DNA from: Aulosira sp. ZfuVER01
GTDB taxonomy: Bacteria > Cyanobacteriota > Cyanobacteriia > Cyanobacteriales > Nostocaceae
Direction: 5' to 3'
Assembly: GCA_034530615.2 (NCBI GenBank)
Contig: JAVRCV020000053.1
Span: 64,001 to 128,000 of the forward strand
Length of the DNA: 64,000 nucleotides
Below, piece by piece: positions 1-10,985 of the stretch. Position 1 is the first letter of the stretch. Each line of letters begins with the position of its first letter. The notes under the pieces were generated by a model. That model did no database searches, had not been told where the DNA came from, and saw only the letters and a program-made list of their open reading frames with translations. Position numbers and translations under genes: made by a program.

Positions 1-138
1 CTTAAATCTAGAACAAAATAACTTTGGAAGAGCTTGTTAATAACCTCTAACAAAACACTTATTACTCGCTAACAGTATATGTTGGCAAACCAACATATAG
101 AATAAATATATGGTGGTTATTTAACGTAGTTATTTTAC

Positions 139-182
139 AAAAAAAAGGCGGCGGGGCGGCGGTTTACCGCCGCCCCGCCGTC
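139..182 (-). terminator. GC-rich hairpin with A-tract (U-tract on minus strand), intrinsic-terminator-like
   Basis: aaaaaaaa-ggcggcggggcggcgg-ttta-ccgccgccccgccgtc: about 16-bp stem followed by T8 on the minus strand. Confidence 0.5.
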
Positions 183-380
183 AGTTGTTAGAGTCCAAAA
201 CATCTGTTAACTGACCCTTAATGTCAAAGAAATGATTAATAACATTGGTGGGGTGAGACAAAATTACATCATATTTTGTAACATTCCTCCAAAAGAAGCG
301 ATCGCTTCTGGTCAGGTCAAGCTGTTAATAACAGAAACATATTTTATGCAAGTTTCTTAAATAGCCATGACTACAGTCAG

Positions 381-1106
381 GTGAATTATATGTTAGTTAA
401 CAAAACTACTACTATCATGAGAGAAAATCGGCTACTTGAGGCGCTTCCTGCTTTTGAATATGAGCGTCTTGTCCCCTATTTGAATCTCGTTTCGCTTTCG
501 TTAGGGCAGGTTGTTTACGAGGCAGAAGAACCAATAACACAAGTTTATTTCCCTCATAATTCACTAGTTTCTTTAATTATCACTACGGAAAATGGGTCTA
601 CGGTAGAAGTTGGTATAGTAGGTAATGAAGGCATGGTAGGTATGCCTGTAATTTTAGGAAGTAACACAACGACTACAACAGGTATTGTACAAATTGCAGG
701 CACTGCCATGCAGATGAATGCAGATATACTGAAAATCGAGTTTGAACGAGGTGGTACTCTTCAAAAGCTACTGCTACGCTACTTACAAGCCCTATACACT
801 CAAGTATCACAAGCGGCTGTGTGTAATCGTCTGCATACACTGGAAGCACGGCTTGCCCGTTGGCTGCTAACAGTTTCTGACCGTTTACAATCAGATGAGT
901 TACCTCTGACTCAGGAATATATTTCTCATATGCTGGGTGTCCGTCGTTCTGGTGTGACGGTGGCTGCTGGCAGTTTCAGCAATCAGGGAATAATCAGCTA
1001 TAATCGCGGTCACATTACCATCCTCAATAGAGAAGCTTTAGAAGCCACATCCTGTGAGTGTTATCGGCTCATCAAACGTGAATTAGCTCGATTACTCGGC
1101 AATTAG
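381..1106 (+). CDS. Crp/Fnr family transcriptional regulator
   Basis: cNMP-binding-like N-domain (VGIVGNEGMVG) plus C-terminal HTH (LPLTQEYISHMLGVRRSGVT); the true start may be a later Met. Confidence 0.9.
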   Translation: MNYMLVNKTTTIMRENRLLEALPAFEYERLVPYLNLVSLSLGQVVYEAEEPITQVYFPHNSLVSLIITTENGSTVEVGIVGNEGMVGMPVILGSNTTTTTGIVQIAGTAMQMNADILKIEFERGGTLQKLLLRYLQALYTQVSQAAVCNRLHTLEARLARWLLTVSDRLQSDELPLTQEYISHMLGVRRSGVTVAAGSFSNQGIISYNRGHITILNREALEATSCECYRLIKRELARLLGN

Positions 1107-1353
1107 CTGGATTGCAATGCGGAATGAATCTTTTCCAATTTTTATGTGCAAAATCGCTGAAGTAATTTGAACTTGCTATTTAGGCAGCTATGGCAGTTCT
1201 ATTTGATTTAGAAACTTATTCATAGAGGTGAGAAACAGCAAAGCAGGCAAGTAGAAGCATAAGTCATTTTTTCAAAAAAAATTTATAAATCTCCAAGATT
1301 AAACCTAATGATAGAGGTTTAATCTTTGCTAATTTTGCTATTACAAAACAATT

Positions 1354-2427
1354 ATGAACTTCCAAAAAATATTTGATAAATCACCAGACGCTGAAGCCAG
1401 CGCGCCTGGAAGGGTAAACCTACTAGGCGAACATACAGATTACAATGATGGCTTCGTTCTGCCAACAGCTATTCCCCAAAAAACAACGGTACAGTTAGGT
1501 TTTAGTGCCGATGGACTGCATCATTTTTACTCAGAAAATTTAGATGAGCAAGTCAGTGTTTTAGAAACAAACCATACGCCATCGGGATTTGCAAGTTATA
1601 TTTTTGGGTGTATTCACGTTTTAGAACAACAAGGATACACAATCCCATCACTGAATTTGTATATTAAATCTTCAGTGCCGATGGGTTCGGGTTTGTCTAG
1701 CAGTGCGGCTTTAGAAGTTAGCACTCTTAGAGCAGTACGCCAACTGCTCAACCTCCCGATTAATGATGTAGAAATTGCCCAATTGGCGCAGCAAGCGGAA
1801 ATTCACTACGCTGGTGTGCAATGCGGCATCATGGATCAGATGGCTTCCAGTTTGGCTGATACTGAGCATATCCTGTTTTTAGATACACGTACTCTAGAAC
1901 GACGAGTGTTACCTTTGCCAAGTGGAGCAGAGATTTTAGTCATAGATAGTGGTGTGCCTCGCACTCTAGCAAGTAGTGGATATAACCAAAGACGAGCCGA
2001 GTGTGAAGCAGCAGCGCGATCGCTTGTAGTCAAAGCTCTCCGAGATATTACTGACGCTAGTGTTGTAGAAGACTTACCCGAACTCTTACGTCGTCGTGCG
2101 CGTCATGTGGTTACAGAAAATAACCGTGTTTTGGAAGTTTTACAGGGTGTATCATCTGGGCGTTTTGGCGAGTTGATGAACGCCTCTCACGCTAGCTTGC
2201 GCGATGATTACGAAGTTTCCGTTCCCGCACTGGACACATTAGTAGAGATTCTGCAGAACACAGCAGGAGTGTTTGGTGCAAGGCTGACTGGTGCCGGTTT
2301 TGGTGGTGCCTGCGTGGCTTTAGTTGCAGCAGGCGAAGTCGTAAAAATAGCAAATCACACCCTAGAAGCTTACAATCAAGCAGGTTACACCGGACAAGTT
2401 TTGGTTCCGCAGACTGACGACAAATGA
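1354..2427 (+). CDS. galK: Galactokinase
   Basis: APGRVNLLGEHTDYNDG, PMGSGLSSSAA and GARLTGAGFGG GHMP motifs. Confidence 0.95.
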   Translation: MNFQKIFDKSPDAEASAPGRVNLLGEHTDYNDGFVLPTAIPQKTTVQLGFSADGLHHFYSENLDEQVSVLETNHTPSGFASYIFGCIHVLEQQGYTIPSLNLYIKSSVPMGSGLSSSAALEVSTLRAVRQLLNLPINDVEIAQLAQQAEIHYAGVQCGIMDQMASSLADTEHILFLDTRTLERRVLPLPSGAEILVIDSGVPRTLASSGYNQRRAECEAAARSLVVKALRDITDASVVEDLPELLRRRARHVVTENNRVLEVLQGVSSGRFGELMNASHASLRDDYEVSVPALDTLVEILQNTAGVFGARLTGAGFGGACVALVAAGEVVKIANHTLEAYNQAGYTGQVLVPQTDDK

Positions 2428-2804
2428 CAAATGACAAAGTAATTTTCGGAAACGCCGAAGAAGAAGGTAAAAATCGCTGGGGATGGTTCCTAGGGCACTT
2501 TATTACTCCTGTTGAAGATCCGCGTTCTACAGAATTACTAGAAGTTAAATGGGGTGTTCACAAAGCTGGTGAGAGTAGAACTCAGTGGGCAATAAATAAC
2601 CAAGCGGCTACTATTTCCATTCTCATTAATGGACAATTCCGTTTGCAATTTGAAGATAGAGAGATTGTATTATCTCGTCCAGGTGATTATGTTCTTTGGT
2701 GTGCAGGTGTGCCCCATACCTGGGTAGCTGAATCTGATTGCACGATTTTAACTATTAGATGGCCTTCAAAGCCAGGCGATAGCATCGGAATTCCAAGTAG
2801 GTAA
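2424..2804 (+). CDS. Cupin-fold protein
   Basis: Beta-rich cupin-like pattern (LSRPGDYVLW..GVPHTW); ATGA overlap with galK. Confidence 0.65.
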   Translation: MTNDKVIFGNAEEEGKNRWGWFLGHFITPVEDPRSTELLEVKWGVHKAGESRTQWAINNQAATISILINGQFRLQFEDREIVLSRPGDYVLWCAGVPHTWVAESDCTILTIRWPSKPGDSIGIPSR

Positions 2805-2922
2805 GCCCAACTTTATCGATTTTTACGAGATTCAAAATCTAACTCTATTTTCATTAAGAAAGACGAGTTCTCAATTTGGGATAAAGTCGAGCTAAGATGC
2901 TATCAAATATTGGATGAGTTAA

Positions 2923-3885
2923 CTATGCATTTGGGAATAAAAACCCACAAATAAGTTGATAGATTTCTGGCTGGAAAATATCAGAATGATGTCCAGCAAA
3001 TGCTGCTGAATCAAATTTGTCATGTTGGTGCAAAAGTGAAAGATCGGCTACGATCATCTGTTTACTGGGAACACTATTTGCAGAGAATCCTACATCTACC
3101 CCAATTGTAGCCAATGAGTTAGCAAATTTTGCCTTGACAATATCCGTTGGTCCAGCTGCTCCTAATGCAGGTCTGTTGTCAAAAAGGTTGACTAGTTTAT
3201 GTGCTATTGGATAAGCATCTTGCAATGCTTTATCTTCCTTCGATGTTGTAATCAAAAATCGAATATTTGGAAACTCTGTCAATAGACTTCCATAACTTTG
3301 TTTTGGCTCTAATGCATTATTATCAAAGGCAGCTTGCATCAAAATCACGTTAAAATTTAACTTACTGCGGAGAGAAGCAATTAAAGGTTGCTTTGCTAAA
3401 GCTGCTAATGCTGAACAAATAACTTTACAGCCAAAGCTATGACCAATTAAATTAATGTTAATAGGAATGTTAGAAGTAACGGTTTTCAAATTCTCGAGCA
3501 GCAACCGAATAATCGCATATCCAGCATTGGCACCTACGCTATCGGCTCGCCGTTCCATTGTGTAGAAAGAAAGAGCTTCTAGATAGTTTTTGATGTTGCT
3601 CCCATCTTCACTGAGCATAGAAGGCCAATGAATTCCAATTCCAAGTGTATTTATAGATTGCTTATGTAACTTTTGAAATTGGTTGAGTACAACACCCCCT
3701 AATTCTACTGAGAACAGGTTATATTGGGACATTGTGTCGCTGGCGTTAGTCCACCAACCATGCGAGTAGATAAAGAAGTTATTAAAGTTAAAAGGTTGTT
3801 GAGTTAGCGTATCAACCTCTCTCTTGATATTAGAGTCAAGGATGACTCCATTTTCATTGGTTGGAAGCAGGAGAAAATAAGCCAT
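2923..3885 (-). CDS. Alpha/beta hydrolase-fold protein
   Basis: YSHGW oxyanion-like motif, GHSFG nucleophile elbow, C-terminal GHHSDI. Confidence 0.7.
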   Translation of the reverse strand: MAYFLLLPTNENGVILDSNIKREVDTLTQQPFNFNNFFIYSHGWWTNASDTMSQYNLFSVELGGVVLNQFQKLHKQSINTLGIGIHWPSMLSEDGSNIKNYLEALSFYTMERRADSVGANAGYAIIRLLLENLKTVTSNIPININLIGHSFGCKVICSALAALAKQPLIASLRSKLNFNVILMQAAFDNNALEPKQSYGSLLTEFPNIRFLITTSKEDKALQDAYPIAHKLVNLFDNRPALGAAGPTDIVKAKFANSLATIGVDVGFSANSVPSKQMIVADLSLLHQHDKFDSAAFAGHHSDIFQPEIYQLICGFLFPNA

Positions 3886-4144
3886 GTTTTAACTGTCATC
3901 CACAATTAGGTTGGAAATTTTGGACTAATTTTCGGGAATTAAGTCGATATAGATGAATAGCATCTGTTTATACTTGCTTTTCATCTTGATACTTGGTTAA
4001 AAATGACTTAAGGCTGTATATTGTGAATAATATTACAATAGGAATATGACGATTTTATGAAGAGGTAAATAAGTTTACATTATTAAATAATCTCTTGCAT
4101 TAAGTATCATTCGTAAGTTATAGAATTATTAAGAAATATTAACG

Positions 4145-4810
4145 ATGAGTTATCAAATCTGGAAGCTTCGTAGGGCTAAGAATTGCGTATTTGCTATTAG
4201 CCTAACATCCCTGACTACTTTATTAACAATTAGCAGCGTTGCTGCGGAATTTCCTAAAAATACTATTGTTGAATCACAAACAAAACAACTCCGACCTACT
4301 GGCATTACACCTGGCGAAATAGGTCAAGTTAGGCAAGCACTACCTCGCCGTAATATACTTCTTAAACATGCGTTCCGTGTTAATTTACCAGATTTTGGTT
4401 CCTGTATATTTGTACCAGTTCAAGAATTCCTTCAAGGTTCCAAAAAAGCCAAACTTTATTTGTATCTAGTGAAGAATAATCGTGTAGTTTATACCTTTCC
4501 CCAATCTCCCCAGGTACAAACTTGGAACTTTTTAGGGTTAAAAGCTGTATCTTTTCTAGAACTTGATTTTGATGGGCCTGATGAAGATGGTATTCTTCTC
4601 ATCGGTAACTACACAACGATTAATTTCCCGACAACTCGCAGTTCTCCCCCAAATGTTCCTCCACCTTTTCCAGTTACACTTCTTTACCATAGAGAGAAAA
4701 ATGGATTTAAAGTTGAGGAGGATATTAGTAAAAAACTCACATCTCGTAAAGTTAAAACAATTGCCGAGGCTGAGAAGATTCTGAGAGAAGATTTCGGTTT
4801 TTTACCGTAA
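4145..4810 (+). CDS. Hypothetical exported protein
   Basis: 221-aa ORF with N-terminal signal-peptide-like hydrophobic stretch; no family recognised. Confidence 0.55.
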   Translation: MSYQIWKLRRAKNCVFAISLTSLTTLLTISSVAAEFPKNTIVESQTKQLRPTGITPGEIGQVRQALPRRNILLKHAFRVNLPDFGSCIFVPVQEFLQGSKKAKLYLYLVKNNRVVYTFPQSPQVQTWNFLGLKAVSFLELDFDGPDEDGILLIGNYTTINFPTTRSSPPNVPPPFPVTLLYHREKNGFKVEEDISKKLTSRKVKTIAEAEKILREDFGFLP

Positions 4811-4833
4811 CATCAGCAAGCAGATACTACATT

Positions 4834-5067
4834 TTAATCATCACTTAAGGTTTCAATTAACAAATCTACCTGTTGCTGTCGCTGCTGCAAAAAATTCTCG
4901 CATTGACGTAAATATTCCACAGCAGTCGTAAATTGGTCAAATACTTGTTCTAATTCCAACTCGCCTGTCTCAATGCGAGTAATAATTTTTTCGATTTCAG
5001 CAACCTTAACCTCATAATTCCAACCTGCCATTGCATCAGAATTAGCAGCATTATTACGTTTAACCAT
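4834..5067 (-). CDS. xseB: Exodeoxyribonuclease VII small subunit
   Basis: NYE...[15 protein letters not shown] pattern; directly downstream of xseA. Confidence 0.9.
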   Translation of the reverse strand: MVKRNNAANSDAMAGWNYEVKVAEIEKIITRIETGELELEQVFDQFTTAVEYLRQCENFLQQRQQQVDLLIETLSDD

Positions 5068-5084
5068 TCAACTCTCTGTGATTT

Positions 5085-6344
5085 TTAATCTTTTACTTCT
5101 TTAACTTTCACTTTAACTTCTCCCTGCCCCAACTGAATGACTAACTCATCTCCTACAGCTAACTCTTGAGCAGAACGTGCGATCGCACCATTTTCTTGTC
5201 TAACTACAGCATAACCACGCTGCAACACCGCTTTCGGGTCAAGAGTGACTAACTTTTGCCGTAACATTTCTAAATGTTGGCTGGCTTGCTGCGATCGCCT
5301 TTTTGTTGCTTGTACCAATTGCTGACGTTTCCAAGTCAGCCTTTGCACTTCTTGGTGTACTTGCCTATCTAAGCGTAAATTTCGTAAACGATTGTATAAA
5401 TCCCGTATTCGTTTCTCAGCATTTCTTCTAGCTTCATATACTGCATCATATAAAGCATCTATTCTCTGTCTATGCTGCGTATATAACTCTGCTAACGCAG
5501 GTACAACCATCTCTGCCGCCGCGGTAGGAGTATGCACAGATATATCTGCTACTAAATCTGCTAAAGATTCATCTCTTTGATGACCAATACCAGTAATCAC
5601 AGGTATAGAACAATTAGCGATCGCTCGCACAACTCGTTCATCATTAAAACAAGCTAATTCCTCAACCGCGCCGCCTCCCCTAGCTAAAATTATTACCTCG
5701 GCGCGACCATCCCGTTCGACTCGCTCAATAGCCTTAACTATCGATTCTGGCGCTTGCTCGCCCTGTACTGTAGCGGGAGAAAATAAAACGTGTAACCCTG
5801 GATATCTTTGTTTGAGGGTTCTTTGAATATCACCCCAAGCCGCAGCAGTTGGGGAAGTGATCGCGGCGATTGTTTGGGGGTGAGGAGGAAGCGATCGCTT
5901 TCTTTCAGGATCGAATAAACCTTCAGCTAGCAAGCGGTTTTTTAACTGTTGATAGCGCAACGCCTGCAAACCAACACCAGCAGGTAAAGCTTGCCAAACA
6001 GATAATTGATATTCTCCCCTTTGCGGATAAACTCTGAGACTACCCAAGATAATTAACTGTTCACCCGGAATCGGTAACTGTGCTAGTTTTGCAACTTGGC
6101 TATTCCACGCCACACACTTAATTCCGGCTGTACCATCGGGATCTTGCAACGTGAAAAATAAGCCACTGCGATGGTGGTTAGCACTGGAAACTTCTCCAGT
6201 TACCCAAACTTGGCGCAGTTGTTCATCTTGCTCCAACAGCAAGCGGATGTAGTCAGTTAACCCAGCTACCGAAAGCGCAGTATCGGGAATTAAAGAATTG
6301 GCAAAATCGTAAGCCATCAAAGACGCAGCAAAAAACCTATTCAA
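5085..6344 (-). CDS. xseA: Exodeoxyribonuclease VII large subunit (likely start ATG 6317)
   Basis: VWVTGEVS OB fold, ARGGG, GIGHQRD, TPTAAAE, VLQRGYAVV. Confidence 0.95.
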   Translation of the reverse strand: MNRFFAASLMAYDFANSLIPDTALSVAGLTDYIRLLLEQDEQLRQVWVTGEVSSANHHRSGLFFTLQDPDGTAGIKCVAWNSQVAKLAQLPIPGEQLIILGSLRVYPQRGEYQLSVWQALPAGVGLQALRYQQLKNRLLAEGLFDPERKRSLPPHPQTIAAITSPTAAAWGDIQRTLKQRYPGLHVLFSPATVQGEQAPESIVKAIERVERDGRAEVIILARGGGAVEELACFNDERVVRAIANCSIPVITGIGHQRDESLADLVADISVHTPTAAAEMVVPALAELYTQHRQRIDALYDAVYEARRNAEKRIRDLYNRLRNLRLDRQVHQEVQRLTWKRQQLVQATKRRSQQASQHLEMLRQKLVTLDPKAVLQRGYAVVRQENGAIARSAQELAVGDELVIQLGQGEVKVKVKEVKD

Positions 6345-6463
6345 ATCCTAGCAAATCCAGGTATTTGAAACTTCAGCTTTAAAATGAGTCCTAAGAATAA
6401 GACATCGCAATAATAAAAATTTAAATTTCATACTTTTGCCATTAGAATTTCAATAATTTATTC

Positions 6464-7840
6464 TTGGGAACAATTTTCACTCTTATGCCTTGTTCTGCCA
6501 CCTTAAATCAACTAGTTGAAATTCTTTTAGCCCAGCCTGTCAATTTATCAGCAGCCGCTTTAACGCAATCAAGTAGCGGTATCCAAACAGACACCCGTAT
6601 CCTCAAGCCAGGTGAAGTGTTTGTGGCTTTGCGAGGTGAAAATTTTGATGGACACGAGTTTGTCGAAACAGCGATCGCAAAAGGTGCTTTAGCTGCAATT
6701 GTTGATTTTGCTTACGAAAATCCTCGTTTTCCTGTATTACAGGTAAAAAATACACTAGAGGCATATCAAAAAATTGCTCGTTGGTGGCGCGATCGCTTTA
6801 ATATACCAGTAATCGGTGTTACTGGTTCTGTCGGTAAAACCACTACAAAAGAATTAATCGCCGCAGTTTTGGCAACAAAAGGACGTGTTCACAAGACGTA
6901 TGGCAATTACAATAACGAAATCGGTGTGCCGAAAACCCTCCTAGAACTCAGTCCAGAACATGATTTCGCTGTGATTGAAATGGCTATGCGGGGTAAGGGA
7001 CAAATTGCCGAACTCACGCACATTGCAAACCCGACAATCGGAGTAATTACCAATGTGGGAACGGCACACATTGAGTTACTCGGTTCCGAAGCCGCGATCG
7101 CTCAGGCAAAATGTGAGTTATTAGCCGAAATGCCAAAAGATAGCGTCGCCATTCTCAACCACGATCATCCATTATTAACTTCCACGGCGGCACAAGTTTG
7201 GCAAGAGCAAACGATAACTTACGGCTTGTCTGGCGGCGACATCCAAGGGCAGCTAATTGATAATGAAAAGATGGCAGTAGCAGGAATCGATTTACCTTTA
7301 CCCCTACCTGGTCGTCACAATGCTGCGAATTTCTTGGCAGCTTTGGCGGTAGCTAAGGTAGTAGGAATTGATTGGGCATCTTTGCAAGCGGGTATAAATG
7401 TGGATATGCCCACAGGGCGATCGCAACGCTTTGCCTTACCCAACGATGTAGTAATATTAGATGAGACTTACAATGCCGCACCGGAAGCTATGTTAGCAGC
7501 ATTGCAATTATTGGCAGATACACCAGGAAAACGCAAGATTGCGGTGTTAGGTGCGATGAAAGAATTGGGAGAGCGATCGCCACAGTTGCATCAGCGAGTC
7601 GGAGAAACAGTGCAAAAGTTGCAATTAGACGGGTTGTTAGTTTTGGTAGATGGACAAGACGCTGAAGCGATCGCCAAAAGCGCTGAAGGTATCCCATCCG
7701 AATGCTTTGCCACCCATGCAGAATTAGTAGCGCGATTAAAGACATTTGTGCAAGCAGGCGATCGTTTATTGTTCAAAGCTGCCCATTCTGTGGGACTAGA
7801 TCGAGTTGTCAACCAGTTGCGTGCGGAATTTGCAAGCTGA
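6464..7840 (+). CDS. murF: UDP-N-acetylmuramoyl-tripeptide--D-Ala-D-Ala ligase (likely start ATG 6485)
   Basis: GVTGSVGKTTTKE, NYNNEIGVP, DETYNAAP, VLGAMKELG. Confidence 0.95.
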   Translation: MGTIFTLMPCSATLNQLVEILLAQPVNLSAAALTQSSSGIQTDTRILKPGEVFVALRGENFDGHEFVETAIAKGALAAIVDFAYENPRFPVLQVKNTLEAYQKIARWWRDRFNIPVIGVTGSVGKTTTKELIAAVLATKGRVHKTYGNYNNEIGVPKTLLELSPEHDFAVIEMAMRGKGQIAELTHIANPTIGVITNVGTAHIELLGSEAAIAQAKCELLAEMPKDSVAILNHDHPLLTSTAAQVWQEQTITYGLSGGDIQGQLIDNEKMAVAGIDLPLPLPGRHNAANFLAALAVAKVVGIDWASLQAGINVDMPTGRSQRFALPNDVVILDETYNAAPEAMLAALQLLADTPGKRKIAVLGAMKELGERSPQLHQRVGETVQKLQLDGLLVLVDGQDAEAIAKSAEGIPSECFATHAELVARLKTFVQAGDRLLFKAAHSVGLDRVVNQLRAEFAS

Positions 7841-8114
7841 AATTGGTAGTAATCGGAATAATGGGTAATAGGTAATGAATAATCGCTAATGGCTAAAGGT
7901 GCAATTAGTCATTAGCTTTTTACTATCAAAATGGATATGGGGCATTGGGCATTGGGCATCTTTCCCCCTTGTCCCCCTTCTCCATTCCCCAGTTTTTTGA
8001 CAAAATTAAACCGTATACTATCCACATTCGGAAGTATACGGCGTGATAAATATTATACTTGATTACATATAATCAAAAGTATATAATATAACTTTTATTT
8101 ATCAGTAAATAAAC

Positions 8115-8492
8115 TTACTGATTTCTTTTATCTATGTTTTCTGTTTGAGGACTTATTTGCTTTTCGCAGCTTGTGCTCTGCTGGGTCAGTGCAATCATAC
8201 TCAAGATCATCACACTTCCCACAGCCAGGGCTACCACAGGACGCTTCAGGAAAACGAAATCTCTGATAATCCTAGCTAAAGGACTGCTTTGACGACGTAA
8301 TGCCGAAGAGACCATCATTTGTCTGAGAGTAAATGGATCGCGGACGTAATGACCGCTTTGAGAAACTACAAGTTTTTCTTGGCAATACGGACAACTAAAC
8401 AAGCCAATGCACGTCTTTAATGGTTTTGGCGTAGCATTTTTTTGGCAAATTGGGCAAGTAACATAATGATTATCAAAGGTGTGTATATTCAT
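8115..8492 (-). CDS. Hypothetical zinc-ribbon protein with C-terminal membrane anchor
   Basis: CPIC...CPYC pairs and a hydrophobic segment near the C-terminus. Confidence 0.65.
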   Translation of the reverse strand: MNIHTFDNHYVTCPICQKNATPKPLKTCIGLFSCPYCQEKLVVSQSGHYVRDPFTLRQMMVSSALRRQSSPLARIIRDFVFLKRPVVALAVGSVMILSMIALTQQSTSCEKQISPQTENIDKRNQ

Positions 8493-8976
8493 CTACCTTA
8501 TCCGCCTAGTCCCTTGACTCGCTCTATAAACAATAGCTATAGTAAATTCCCACTCAAAACTTAACAGACTCACCTGTGTGGTCTAGCATCAGTTTTTAAT
8601 TACACATACAGTCTGCTTCGGAATAACCTTAGTTTAATGACCGCAACACGAGTATAGCTAGATTTAGCACAGAATGACTTCCTCGTCACTGTTGGTCTTT
8701 GGTGCAACCACCAAGCCTACATATACTGTATTGTCCCTACAGCTTTGGAATTCATACTGACTTGCACTTTACCACTGCTTGTTGACCATTAACTATAAGT
8801 AATTCTCTCCCATTTAACCATTCTCCCCATGAAAATTTTGCACAGCGGAATTTTTTTTACTAAAACTTTGTAAATTTAGCCAATCCAGCATACTTGTCTG
8901 GTTGCTAAATAATGGCTCACAATGAGAAGTAACAGATAAAAATTTAAATTTTTTCTTACATTTACCTCGCCTCTCA

Positions 8977-10881
8977 ATGACTCTCTTGCCTCCCACAGAA
9001 CTGAGGAAGGTGACGGAACCACCTGCTTTTCCTTCTCTTTCCACTCGTTTAGCCCGCTTAATTAACCGTTTTCAACCATCTTTAGAAACCGTTGTGCTGC
9101 TTTTAGCCATATTGATTGGCGGCGGTACGGGTATGGGTGTAGTTACCTTCCATTATTTGATCCAGCTGATTCACGACCTCATGCTGGAAGATTTAATGGG
9201 CATTATTGGTGTCTGGGGTGCGTGGACTTTAGCCTGTGTTCCCATTCTTGGCGGCTTAATTGTCGGATTGATGCGCTGGCGCACGCAAGACTTTGGCCCT
9301 GGACTTTCATCTTTAATTGCGGCTTCTCAGGGAAAAGAAATCAAGCAACCACTACGCCCAGTGACTAAGATGTTGGCAGCATCTGTGTCGTTGGGAAGTG
9401 GTGCTTCTTTGGGGCCAGAAGGGCCGAGTGTGGAAATTGGTGCCAATTTTGGTATGTTATTGTCTTTGGTGCTGCAAGTGTCTCAAGAGCAACAGCGTTT
9501 GCTTTTGGGTGCTGGTGCGGCGGCGGGATTAGCAGCAGGTTTTAATGCTCCGATCGCTGGAGTATTTTTTGCGCTAGAAGTAGTTATGGGAGCTACTTCT
9601 TTTGCCACTTCTGCTGTGAGTGTGGTGTTGTTAGCAGCAGTGGTAGCAGCCTTAATTGCTCAAATTGGTTTGGGCGCACAACCTGCTTTTGCCTTACCTG
9701 TTTATCAAGTTCGCAGTCCTTTGGAATTGCCAATTTATCTAGGATTGGGCTTAGGAGCAAGTTTAGTTTCTTTGGCGTATAAAGAATCAATTCGGTTAGC
9801 CAAAGCCTGCTTTGCTGGACAGGTTCCCATTTTTGCATTTTTAGGAAAAATTCCCCGGCACATTCATCCAATTATTGGTGGTGTGATCATTGGTGCAGTA
9901 GCTTTGTATTATCCGCAAATTTTGGGCATCGGTTATGGCACGGTACAAGCGATGCTCCAAGATGTGGAATTTTCTCTACCTCTGCTACTTGTACTGTTAA
10001 TAGTAAAGCTGCTGATGACAGCAATTAGCACTGGTAGTGGTTTTGTCGGCGGTTTGTTTGCACCAGCAATGTTTTTGGGTGCTTCTTTTGGTTCGGCTTA
10101 TGCAAAAATCGTGGCTTTAATTGCACCAGCAATTGGCGCACAGATGGCGGCTCCCCCAGCTTATGCAATGGTAGGAATGGCAGCAGTTTTAGCTGCTAGT
10201 GTGAGAGCGCCGTTAACGTCAATTTTAATGCTGTTTGAATTAACCCGTGACTACCGCATTGTTTTACCGTTAATGGCGGCGGTGGGTTTGAGTGTCTGGT
10301 TGATAGAGCGAATCAAGCCAAATTTTAACTCTAATTCTAATCTGCAACAGATTGGGCTTCCCGAATTGAAAGATGAGAAGACAGAGATGTTGCAAGAAAT
10401 TTTAGTAGAAGATGCAATGCTCAGTTGTCCGAAAAAATTGCCGACAACTCTTGGAGTATTAGAAGCAGCTAAGGAAATGCTCCGCGATCGCTGCCATAGT
10501 GCTTTAGTAATTAATGAAGCCGAGCAATTAGTAGGGATTATTTCTTTAGAAGATATCAACCGCACTCTTCGCCTTGGGCAGAACTATCAAAATTTGCCCA
10601 CCGAAATCCAGAGTAATTTATCTAATCAAACTCTTCTAGATATTTGTACCACTGAAATTCTTTATGCTTGGAGGGATGAACCTTTATCTGAAGCTTTAGA
10701 CCGCATGGCGCTCCGAGGTTTGCATCAGTTACCGGTGGTAGCAAGAGACAACCATGAGCGCATTTTAGGTCTACTCGAAAAAGAGCAAATTGCATTAACG
10801 TGTAGTTTAGCAGTAACACATCAAGCAATTCACAAATATTTATCGGCGCGACCCCTAACAGATGTGGTCACTAATCATTAG
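8977..10881 (+). CDS. ClC family chloride channel/transporter with CBS domains
   Basis: GPEGPSVEIG, FNAPIAG, GGLFAP motifs; C-terminal CBS pair. Confidence 0.93.
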   Translation: MTLLPPTELRKVTEPPAFPSLSTRLARLINRFQPSLETVVLLLAILIGGGTGMGVVTFHYLIQLIHDLMLEDLMGIIGVWGAWTLACVPILGGLIVGLMRWRTQDFGPGLSSLIAASQGKEIKQPLRPVTKMLAASVSLGSGASLGPEGPSVEIGANFGMLLSLVLQVSQEQQRLLLGAGAAAGLAAGFNAPIAGVFFALEVVMGATSFATSAVSVVLLAAVVAALIAQIGLGAQPAFALPVYQVRSPLELPIYLGLGLGASLVSLAYKESIRLAKACFAGQVPIFAFLGKIPRHIHPIIGGVIIGAVALYYPQILGIGYGTVQAMLQDVEFSLPLLLVLLIVKLLMTAISTGSGFVGGLFAPAMFLGASFGSAYAKIVALIAPAIGAQMAAPPAYAMVGMAAVLAASVRAPLTSILMLFELTRDYRIVLPLMAAVGLSVWLIERIKPNFNSNSNLQQIGLPELKDEKTEMLQEILVEDAMLSCPKKLPTTLGVLEAAKEMLRDRCHSALVINEAEQLVGIISLEDINRTLRLGQNYQNLPTEIQSNLSNQTLLDICTTEILYAWRDEPLSEALDRMALRGLHQLPVVARDNHERILGLLEKEQIALTCSLAVTHQAIHKYLSARPLTDVVTNH

Positions 10882-10980
10882 TCAACAGTCAATAGTCAAT
10901 GGTCATGATTTGGACTGTTGACTTTGGACTGTTGACTTTGGACTGTTGACTTTGGACTGTTGACTCTTGACTCTTGACTA
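10880..10980. repeat. STRR heptamer / 14-bp tandem array
   Basis: tttggactgttgac x4 (about 10909-10964) with gtcaaca/gtcaata and ttgactc units, between convergent genes. Confidence 0.9.
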
Positions 10981-10985
10981 TATTA

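Noticed and set aside
8728..8740. NtcA site (also at 125-137)
   Set aside because: The GTA-TAC spacer is 7 nt, not the canonical 8.
10880..10980. Possible CRISPR array
   Set aside because: Contiguous 7/14-bp tandem units without spacers; STRR-type. No cas genes in the window.
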